Below are positions 52,460 through 62,949 of a stretch of 64,000 bases of DNA, one piece after another. Source of the stretch: Mobula birostris. Its lineage: Eukaryota. How positions within the stretch are numbered: the first letter of the stretch is position 1; each line of letters begins with the position of its first letter. The notes beneath the pieces are model-generated. The model did not search any database. It worked only from the letters and a program-made list of their open reading frames with translations, and was not told where the DNA came from. The stretch is from contig NC_092370.1 of NCBI RefSeq assembly GCF_030028105.1, forward strand, positions 130,859,522 to 130,923,521. The letters run 5' to 3'. The position numbers and the translations under genes were made by a program.

Positions 52460-55110
52460 CATGTGTTTTGTAATTGAAATAAAACAAAGTCTGGAATAAC
52501 GTATCAAACTTTGCGTTTACTTTAAATGAGGTCTGCACTTATCATGTGGTAGCATGATGTATGTAATTCATTTACCTTTACATATAACCTGCAGTGAATT
52601 ATTTAAATAAACAAGAATGCTTAATCAAACACATTTATAATATTACTCAAATATTACTGACATACTAAATGTACAGCATTCTGCCCTGCTTAGCTATAAG
52701 CTCCAACTCTATAGAAAGCATTTCAACTATATACGCAGTGTACTATATAATACAACTACTAGATACAGACATCCACAGCATAGTAATTTTTCAAGTTGTC
52801 ACATTCATACCTAAAGATTTACTCGCTATGGAGGCTTTCTTACTCTTGTGGGATAACTTTTCCTGACCAGGGGGATCACTGCTTGGCAGGTGAGACTTGT
52901 GGCTGTGGAAGAATCTCATGTACTGGGGCCTCAGGTGGTTGTAGGAGCTGACTCTGGCACTGTGGGAAGTAGTTCTGACAGCTCTGGACACCTGTCCTTT
53001 TTTTTTTCTCTTCTTTCTAGTTTGTGCATCTTAATCTTGGGAAGGTGCATTTAGTTCACTGGAGTATTCTCTTATTAATCCTTCTGTTACTCCCTTTACA
53101 ATCTGATCTCTACTCTTGGTTTCCTCATCCACAACATCACCCGATGAATCCTCTGCTTTTCTATCCCCACATGGAGTTCATACAATAACCTTAATGCATG
53201 AGGAGTAGATTCCGATTCTTCATACTCACAAAAAAAAATGCTTGCAATATTCCTGAAGCTCATTGAACTCTCCAGCTTAAAACCAAGCTATATTTTTAAA
53301 ACTAACTGCCTGATTAACATATCAGAAGCTTTCTCAGATATGTTGCTTACAAAAACCATTGTAGTCAAATACCTGCTTTCATCACGTTCATGCTTTCTCT
53401 GAGCAGCATAGCCCTCCCTTGGTTCAAAATGCTTTCTAACCAGAGGTACAGAGGTTGGCACCAACAGCTGTTTGCCCTCTTGGGCAATGGCTCATGGTGT
53501 TCAGCATGGAGAGAGTTGTGGCATCATACAGTACCTTCCTTAATTCACTTTTAGTTGACTCTATTACAGGGGACATGGCATGCAAATCATGAATGGATCT
53601 CAGCTGCTCATGATTCCACAATGCTGGTCCTCCTGTTTTTACCATATTCAAGTTCAATGTGGTTTTTGTTCTTTGTTAGGAATGTCATTCCCACAGGAGT
53701 TAAGATTTCTCCAGTATAAGTTCTTACTTGGATATCTGCAAGCTTCAGTTCAGTATCTTTGAAATGCCATTCAAACTTATTTTGTGAAATGGCTAAAAAA
53801 GCCAAGGCAGTGTGCAATTTCATTTTAATGAATTTGCTGTTCACTTCTGGTGAAAGCCATATTGTCTCCTGTTAATTTTCACTGTATATATTTCAAGGCT
53901 ACCCAACCCTGTGTCATTCTCATCATTATCAGATTTTGCACCAACAGCACTACAGATTAGTGCTCTTTTTGGAACTGAAACTTGACTTTTTCTCTTTTCC
54001 TCTTCCCTGTGCAGTCCAATTACTTTTGTCATGCTCTTTGTATGTGTCCTAATTGATGGCATTTTCAGCAGTTTTGCCTTTAAGTCTGCATTGGTCTGGT
54101 GAGTGTGAGGCCCTGCCACAGTGTTAATACAATTTGTTCAACTAAGCCATTTTCTGTTTAGACATTGCAATTTTGTTTATGCTTACTTTCATTCCTGACT
54201 GCAACTCAATTGCATCTCTGTCTGCTATTTCCATTGATACAGCTATTGCAACTGCTCTTTTAAATGAAATTTGTACTTCAGTTAGGAGCTATTTTTCAAT
54301 GCTTTCTTGTAAGATTCCCCAAATGAAATAATCTCCCAGTGCATCACTGAACTGACAATACTCAGACACCTTCAATTCAGCCACATATGCTGAATTGGAT
54401 TTCCCTTTTGGTTCCACTTATGGAATCTAAAGTCCTCTGCAATCAACAATGGTTTTGGTTTTAAATTTTTCAGCGTTACTTTCACAATATCAACAAAGCT
54501 CATTTCAGCTGGTTTGGTTGCAGCAATCAAATATCTAATCAATCTGTATGCTTCTAAATCCAATGCACTCAGCAAAATTGGCATTCAATTCTCATTAGCT
54601 ATTTCATTTGCTTCAAAAATATTGCTCAATACACTCAGAATACAGGAACCAGTTATCTGTTGTGCAATGGAACGTGTCAATCTTTCCGATATAGCTGACC
54701 ATTTCTGTTTGTTTTTGTTTATTATTATTATCATCCGGTACTCACTGTTTAGGAACCCGTCAATTCTACCGTTTTCTGCCTTTTTTAAGAACTCAATTGT
54801 CTTTCCTTTTGCAAAGAAAACATGCTGCTCTGAAGAAAAAAAAATGTGCTGTGCTTTTTAAAACCCCTACCATTTCTCACTGAGCTTTTCTTTAACTCAA
54901 ATGTTTCACTGACAAGGGAGTCAGGAATAATATATCTAACTTCAAATATACTTTAAGCAAGGTGTACACATATCACGTGGTAGCATCATGACATATGCAA
55001 TTCACTTATTTTTGCAAAAAACTTGTAATGAATTATTCAAACAAACAAGAATGCTTAATCAAACAATACATTTACAATGCTATTCAAATACTGCTGGAGT
55101 ATTGACAACA
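52460..55110 (-). mobile_element. Degenerate, internally deleted Gypsy-type LTR retrotransposon with two LTRs
   Basis: Direct repeats at about 52460-52675 and 54915-55110 share tatcaygtggtagcat and aaacaagaatgcttaatcaaaca. Internal minus-strand gag-like (ILLSALDLEAYRLIRYLIAATKPAEMSF) and protease-like (IKMKLHTA...VRTYTGE) peptides; purine-rich tract next to the 3' LTR. Confidence 0.75.
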
Positions 55111-55649
55111 CTAAGGAAGGTTTAGATTAGATTGGCAGAGCAGTGTCACTCAAGTGAAGTCACTGAGAAGACAGGAACCAAAGTGTGTAGAGCTAGCAAT
55201 CAGGATAGCCATGTTTACAATGAAGGGTCAGACAGGACCACTGCCTTAAATTACATCTATTTCAATGCACACAGCTTGACTGGTAAAACAGATGAAATGA
55301 GATTGTAGATTGCCTTAGGGATTGGCTTATGGGGAGAAGGAAAAAGAATGGGGTTGAGAGGGATAATAAATCAACTATGATGGGATGGTGGAGAACACTC
55401 GATGGGCTGGATGGCCTAATTCTGCTTTTATGTCAAAGTTTTATTAATGTTTCAGAATTAATAAAGTTACTGCTAAAACAGTATGTATCAAGTCCAAATC
55501 TTATTCAGTGAGGATTAATTAAGGAAATGGATGATAGCATTACTGCTAAAACAAGATGTATCAGGTCTAAATCTGATGCAGTGATGATTATGTAAATTAT
55601 ACTGTATAAAATTTCTTTCCCTTTCCCCTCACTCTTTAAACTGCAACGG

Positions 55650-56227
55650 CCTTCCTTAGCTCACGAATTGGGGTTGTGATTTGCTGCTTTGTGACGTTTG
55701 ATCACTTGCTGGTGTTCTCAAACAAAGCGAAAGCAGTGTTGGAAAGATCAGCGGTGAGGGCCAAGGGAGCAACAGATGTTTAGCAGGTCTGGACTACAGT
55801 TTAGGTTACGGGGCAGACACAGATCTCGCTGGCGGTCGCAGACATTGAAATTTGCCTGGTCATATAGATGTTAAAATTGTCAACTGAGCAGACAGGTTAG
55901 AGAATTTTGGTATCCCAGTTGAAGGACGAAGATTGCGAGAGCATTTGTTTGTTTAGGTCGCGATTAAAGTTTCTCCGTCTACCTCCATAGCAACACAATT
56001 CGACACAAAACTGCTGCTCTCATTGGGCGGGCTCAACATCACCCATGTGCCTATTTCCTGCTGAAAATTACAAAAGAAATTAATTGCAACGTGCGATATT
56101 CCACAAGCAGAACTGAAAGCCGAAATTCTTCCTTTTCTAATTGCGCTTTCCCCCCCCCCCTCGGGAACATTTACAATCGGTGCCGAAATTGCGGTAATCG
56201 AGGTTGCACGGAACCCAGACGTTGCCG
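55650..56227 (+). promoter_or_regulatory. CpG-rich promoter/5' UTR of the RGS22-like gene with RFX-like sites
   Basis: CpG enrichment; X-box-like ctccatagcaac (55983-55994) and gttgcacggaac (~56203); GC box gggcggg. Confidence 0.6.
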
Positions 56228-56264
56228 ATGGAGCAAGAAAACGTGTCAGGCAAATTGAGCACAG
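56228..56264 (+). CDS. RGS22: Probable RGS22 first coding exon: MEQENVSGKLST + 1 nt
   Basis: ATG in good context (ccgATGG) and a strong phase-1 donor CAG|GTAAGG inside a CpG island. RGS22 follows FBXO43 on the same strand in human, and its N-terminus (MPEKRLTAE) is weakly similar. The assignment rests mainly on synteny. Confidence 0.6.
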
Positions 56265-56394
56265 GTAAGGTGATGGCAGGGAACAACACTCTTTGGGAAT
56301 TAGATTTCTCAGTCCCACCGTTTGTTCACCCGTCCCTTTTCACTTGAACTTCAGCGAAGAGTCTGATGTGCCAAATGAATGTTCAGCAAGTTTC

Positions 56395-56928
56395 CACTCA
56401 GTGGCCTCTGGTACCTAATAAAGTTGCCATCGAGCGTATGTCCGTGATCTTCTGCTGCAGTAGTCCATCCACGTCAAGGTTCGACATGTTGTGCATTCAG
56501 AGATGCTATTCTCCACACCACTACTGTAATGCCTGGTTATTTGAGTTACTGTTCCCTTCCAGCCAGCTTGAACCAATCGGGCCATTCTCCTCTGACTTCT
56601 CATTAACCAGGTGTTTTCGCCCACAGAACTGCCAGTCACTGGATTTTTGTTTTGTTTTTCTCACCATTCTCTAAACTCTAGAGACTATTGTGCCTGAAAA
56701 TCCCAGGAGATAGTAGCTTCTACCAAACTCAAGCCACCTGTCAGGCACCAACAAGGTTAAGGTCACTTTCATCCCCATTCTGATGTTTGGTCTGAAAAAA
56801 CATCTGAACTTCTTGACTATGTCTACATGGGCTTTTATGCACTGAGTTGCTGCCACATGATTGGCTGGTTAGATATTTGCATTTACAAGCAGGTGTACAG
56901 GTGTACCTAGTAAAGTAGCTACCGAGTG
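56395..56928 (-). mobile_element. Non-autonomous Tc1 derivative (third copy)
   Basis: cactcagtggcc start and gtgtacctagtaaagtagctaccgagtg+TA end; interior matches 42762-43274. Confidence 0.78.
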
Positions 56929-57339
56929 TAATTACTGGTGTGTAACTTTAAAATGGGAAATATCATTAATTTCAATGGCGTGTTTTTAATGCTGTTTGAG
57001 ATTTATCACAAGCTCTTTTATTCATTTGTACAGGTTAGATACATTTTAGAAAGTCAAAGATTTGACAATATATTTAGAATCGCTGTAATTTAATTATTTC
57101 CAATTACTGATTCCCCAATCCCACCCTCTAAGTGACAAGCAATGAATTTAGCTACTCTCTCCCTTTCAATGGAACTTTAGAAACTTTTACTATAAATCAT
57201 TTTGTATTATTTGCTACTTTTTATTCTTTGCTAGTTCATAGCCATATTCTGTTTTCTTCATCATTCTTTGCATGTTTCTAAAAAATATTCCAAATCTTCT
57301 TGCCTGCCATTAATCCTTGCAACATTGTATTGTACGTCT

Positions 57340-57845
57340 AAAAACAGTGGTGGATATGCCCCAGTCCATCACAAGAAAAGCCCTCCCCATCATTGAGCAC
57401 ATTTACAAGGAATGCTGCTACGAGAAAGCAGTATCCATCATCAAGGGCCCCCATAATCCAGGCCATGCTCTCTTCTCTCATCTACCACTAGGCAAGGGGT
57501 ACAGGCACTTTAGGTCCCACACCACCAGGTTCAGGAAGCCTACAACCCTATGACCATCAGGCTGCTGAACCAGAGTGGATAACTTCAGTCAACTGAACAT
57601 TCAATTAAATTCCAAAACCTATGGATTCACTTTCATGTTCTCATTACTACTTACTTAATAATTTTTTTTGTATTTGCACACTTTGTCTTCTTTTGCACAT
57701 TGGTTGTTTGTCAGTCTTTAGTTTTCCATTGATTCTATTGTACTTTTTTGTTTTATTGTGAATGTCCACAAGAAAATGAATCTCAGGGTAGTATTTGGTG
57801 ACGTATATATACTTTGATGATAACTTTGCTCTGAACTTTGAACTC
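57340..57845 (+). mobile_element. Rex/Babar-like LINE 3' end
   Basis: Peptide KAVSIIKGPHNPGHALFSHLPLGKGYRHFRSHTTRFR; ends in (tgaactt)-like repeats. Confidence 0.7.
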
Positions 57846-57967
57846 CTCCTTTCTATAGAACTGTAGAAACAACTTTTACCGTGTATTACTTGCTACTATT
57901 TATTAATTACCAGTTTAAAGCCATATTCTATTTTCTTGTTTAGTTTGCACTCTTTGCCTGGGCAGAG

Positions 57968-60600
57968 TCATAGAACACAACAGCACAGAAACAGGCCCTA
58001 TGGTCCATCTAGTCTGCGCCAAACCATTAATCTGCCTAGTCCTATCGACCTGCACCTGGACCATAGCGGCCACATACCCTTTCGTCCATGAACATATCTA
58101 AATTTCTCTTACATTTTGAAATCGACTCCGCATCTACTGTTTCCACTGGCAGCTTGTTTTACACTCGTAACTCCCTGAGTGAAAAAGATCCCCCTCATGT
58201 TCCCCTCAAATATTTCACTTTTCACCCTTAACCCATGACCTCCATTTGTAGTAGAGCTACAGTAGAAAAAGCCTGCTTGTATTTACCCTATCTATACCCC
58301 TCATAATTTGTTTACCTCTATCAAATCTCCCCTCAATCTTCTACGCTCCAGGGAATAAAGTCCAAACTTGTTCAACCTTTCCCTATAACTCAGGTCCTAA
58401 AGTCCTGGCAACATCCTTGTAGATATTCTCTGCACTCTTTCAATCTTATTTACATCTTTCCTCTATGTAGGTGACCAAAACGGCACACTATGCTTAGACG
58501 TCATCAATGTCCTGTACAATTTCAACTTAACATTCCAACTCCTGTACTCAATACATTGATTTATGAAGGTCAATCTGCCAAAAGCTTCCCTTATGACCCT
58601 ATCTACCTGTGACACCATTTTCGAGGAGTTATGGATCTCTATTTCCAGATCCCTCTGTTCTATTGCACTCCTGAGTGTCGTACTGGTCATGTATTGAGTG
58701 ACCTACCCAGGTCAGTCTTCCCAAAGTGCAACACCTCACGTTTGTCTGAATTAAATTCCATCTGCCATTTTTCAGCCCATTTTTCCAACTAGTCTAGTTC
58801 CCACTGCAGGCTTTGCTAATCTTCTTCGCTGTCAACTACATCCTCAATCTTGGTGTCATCCGCAAATTAGCTGATCCAGTTTACTACATTATCATCCAGA
58901 TTGTTGATAGAGATGATAAACAACAACAGACCCAGCACCGATTCCTGCAACTCTGCACTAGTCACAGGCCTCCAGTCAGGGAGGCAGCCATCTACAACCA
59001 CTCTCTGACTTCTTCCTCGAAGCCAATGTCTAATCCAATTTACTACCTCATCGTGAATGCCAAGACCAAACTCCCATGTGGGGCCTTGTTGAAGGCCTTG
59101 TGAAAGTCTTTGTATACGACTTCTACTGCCTTACCTTCATTAACTTTCTTGATAACTTCCTCGAAAAACAGTATAAGATAGGCTGGACATGAGTTACCAC
59201 ACAGAAAGCCATGATGACTGTCCCTAATCAGTCTCTGTCTGTTCAAACACTTATATACCGTATCTGGTTCCTTAGAGTACTTTCCAATAACTTTCCCACT
59301 ACTCACATCAGGCTCACTGGCCTATAATTTCCTTTCTTAAACAATGGAACACCATTATCTATTCTCTTATCCTCCAGCACCTCACCTGTAGCTAAGGATG
59401 CTTTAAATATTTCTGCTAGGGCCCCTGCAATTTCTGCCTCCCTCAGGGTTCAAGCGAACACTTTGTCAGGCCCTGGGAATTATCCACCTTAATTTGCTTC
59501 AAGATTGTAATCACCTCCTTCTCTGTAATCTGTATAAGATCATGACCTCACATCTTTCGATTCTGTGCCCATCTCCTGAGTAAATACAGATGCAAACATT
59601 CCATTTAAAATAACCCCCATCTCTTCGGCTCTCAGCATGTTACCAGTCTGATCTTCCAGAGAACCAATTTTGTCCCTTGCTATCCTTTTGCTCTTAATAT
59701 ATCTGCAGAAGCCCTTAGAATTCTCCTTCATCTTACCTGCTACAGCAATCTCATTATTGTCTTTTAGCTCTCCTGATTTCTTTCTTAAGTGTTCTCTTGC
59801 ATTTCTTATACTTCTCATGTACCTCATTTGTTCCTGCCTGCCTATACCAGCTAGGTACCTCCCTTCTTTTTCTTAACCAGAGCCTCAATATTTCTCAAAA
59901 GCAAAGGTTCCATGTTATCCTTGCTTTTTATCCTGTACATACAAAATCTGTACTCTCAAAATGTCACTTTTAAAGGCCTCCCCCTTACCAAGTACACCTT
60001 TGCCAGAAAACAACCTGTCCTAATCCACAATTGCCAGATCCTCTCTGATACCATCAAAGTTGGCCTTTCTCTAATTTAGAATCTCAATCTGAGGACCAGG
60101 CCTATCCTTTTCCATAACTACCATGAAACTAATGGCATTATGTCATTAGATGCAAAATGTTCCCCTGCACAAACTTCTGTCACCTGCCCTGTCTCATTCC
60201 CTAATAAGAGATCTTGTATCAACTCTCTAGTTGGGAAACTTTCTTGAACATATTTGACAACTGCTTTCCCATCCAGTCCTTTTACATATGGGAGTCCCAG
60301 TCAATATATGGAAAGTTAAATTTGCCTATTATCACAGCCTTATGTTTCTTTCAACCGTCACTGATCTCTCTACAAATTTACTGCTCTAAATCCGGCTGAT
60401 TGATGGGTGGTCTATAATATAATCCAATTAATATGGTCATACCTTTCTTATTCCTTAGTTCTACCCATAAAGCCTCACTAGACGAGCTTTCCAGTCTGTC
60501 CTAACTGTGCACTGACATGGCATTTTGCCTGACAAGTAATGCCGTCCCTCCCCCTTTAATCCCTCCCACTCTATCATGTCTGGAACAATGTGTCCTGCCC
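57968..60600 (-). mobile_element. CR1 LINE ORF2 fragment
   Basis: Peptides LIRDSHHGFLCGNSC...VVYKDFHKAFNKAPH, MKENSKGFCRYIKSKRIARDKIG and IEYRSWNVKLKLYRTL. Confidence 0.88.
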
Positions 60601-61059
60601 CAGTTCTAAATAAAATCTAAATGTACGTGACTGCCATTAATCCTTGCAACATTGTATGTCTTCTTTCAGTCTTCAGTGGGGCCTTTCTCACTGGAATATA
60701 CCTCTGGTGAGACAAATGAAGTATCTTCTTAAACGAGTATCCCTGCTGACCCATAGTCTTTAATCTTAAATATATTCCCAGTCCATTTTGTCAACTCTGT
60801 CTGCATTCTTCCACTAATGCCTATGCCTCCCATTTACAAGTGTCATTAGCTGTGTGACTAAAACTCTGCTGTGTACTGTAGTTAGAATCTTTTCTCCCCT
60901 TGACTTGAGTCATAGATTTTCTTTTCCTTTTTGCTCACTTCTATGAGCTTCATTCAGTCAAATTATAATTCTGTTCAGAGCCTTCTGCTTCTTCAAAGCC
61001 AACTGTGGAACGTAGCTATGTTCGGTAATTTAACACAATGCCTTTTTCCCCCAACCCTC

Positions 61060-61290
61060 TACCTTCCCCATCACATGGTTTCACTTATCACCTGCCAGCT
61101 TGTACTCCGTCCCTTCCCTCCACCTTCTTATTCAGGCTTCTTCCCTCTTCCTTTCCAGCCCTAATGAAGGGCCTCGGCACAAAACACCGTGATTATTCTC
61201 CTCCATAGTTGCTGCTGGATCTGTTAAGTTCCTCTGACATTTTGTGTGTGTTACTCGACATTTCCAGCATTTGTAGGATCTCTTGTGTTT
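61060..61290 (+). mobile_element. Penelope-like tail with a degenerate hammerhead motif
   Basis: cagccCTAATGAagggcctcggcacAAAAcacc... followed by the family tail. Confidence 0.65.
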
Positions 61291-61694
61291 ATGATTTGAT
61301 TTCTTTGTGTTAGTCTTGAACACTTTTGCAATATTCCTTTCGTCAGTGCATTGACAAGTCTCACTGATCTCTGTGATAAACTAAATGTGTGCTTAGTATT
61401 GTATTTCATAAAGCCCCCAACACACAAGTGAGAACTGTTATTGCCATCCACGTACAGATGAACAAATACATTTCATAGATAAAGTCTTATCAGTGTTGAC
61501 TCCTGCCAACTCAAAATAAATCAACTCTGCCCATCAGTAGCTGTCATGGTTGACTGTCATAGCTCACTACACATTTCATCAAGCCCAAAGTCACCAATAC
61601 TTTGCATGACTATGATTTCAAGTTCAAATATCAACTTCAAGTGATTTTAAATTAATGCTTTTAAGTTTGGCTCTTTGGGGTGGATGCAGTTACA

Positions 61695-62372
61695 ATGATC
61701 CGGTGCTCCTGGTGCGGCCTCCCCTACATCGGTGAAACCCGACGCAGATTGGGGGACCGCTTCATCGAGCACCTCCGCTCCGTCCGCCACAACAGACAGG
61801 ATCTCCCGGTTGCCACGCACTTCAACTCTGCTTCCCATTCCCATTCGAATATGTCCATACGTGGCCTCCTCTACTACCATGATGAGGCTAAACTCAGGTT
61901 GGAGGAGCAACACCTCATATACCGTCTAGGTAGTCTCCAGCCCCTTGGTATGAACATAGAATTCTCCAACTTCCGGTAATTCCCTCCCCTCCCTTCCCCT
62001 ATCCCTATTTCACTCTACCCCTTCCGCCAGATGCCTATCACCTCCCTCATGGTTCTGCCTCCTTCTACTACCCATTGTGTTTTCCCCTATTCCTTCTTCA
62101 CCTTTCCTGCCTATCCCCTCCCTGCTTTCCCTCCCCCACCCCTTTATCTTTCCCCTTACTGGTTTTTCACCTGGAACCTACCAGCCTTCTCCTTCCCTTC
62201 CTCCCCCCACCTTCTTTATAGGGCCTCTGCCCCTTCCCTCTTCAGTCCTGACGAAGGTTTCCGGCCCGAAACGTTCACTGATCATTTCCACGGATGCTGC
62301 CCAACCTGCTGAGTTCCTCCAGCGTGTTGAGAGTGTTGCTTTGACCCCAGCATCTGCAGAGTATTTTGTGTG
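61695..62372 (+). mobile_element. Penelope-like element 3' fragment: GIY-YIG endonuclease, 3' UTR and hammerhead motif
   Basis: ORF 61680-61979: IRCSWCGLPYIGETRRRLGDRFIEHLRSV...PVATHFNS...EQHLIYRLGSLQPLGMNIEF. CpGs are retained, so the copy is young. cagtc-CTGACGA-a-ggtttccggccc-GAAA-cgtt-cactg at 62243-62280. Confidence 0.92.
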
Positions 62373-62949
62373 TAGAATGATGCTATTACAGCTCAGGGCG
62401 TTGGAATTTGTTGTACAATCCCGACATCCTCTGTTGGGAGACAATATGTCCTCCACTGCGTGTATTTTATCCAGGTGCTCTGGTTTCCTCCCACAGTCCA
62501 AAGACACAACAGCTAATGGGTTAATTGGTCATTATAAATTGTTCTGTGACTAGGCTAAGTTTAAATCTGGAGTTGCTAGTGGTGTGGTGGAACAGGGGGA
62601 TCTGAGAATACAGATGCATAATTCCTTGAAAGTGGCATCACAGGTAGATGGGGTCATAAAGGAAGCTTTTGGCACATTGGCCTTCATAAATTGAAGTACT
62701 GAGTACAGGAATTGGGATGTTAGAGTGGTGATGCCAATTTCAGTGTATTATGTGTAATTCTGGTCATCTATCGGCGGGAAAGGGATCAATAAGATTGAAA
62801 GAATACAGAAAATGTACAATGTAGGACTTGATGAACCGAGTTACACGGAAAGGTTGAATGAGACCAACAGACATAAGAGCAGAATTCGGCCACTTGGCCC
62901 AATGTATCTGCTCTGCCATTCCACCATGGCTGATTTATTATCCATCTCG

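Noticed and set aside
55528-55580. Possible C/D box snoRNA (ggatgat...ctga)
   Set aside because: The C box is imperfect, there is no terminal stem, it is not in a known intron, and the segment is explained by a local tandem duplication.
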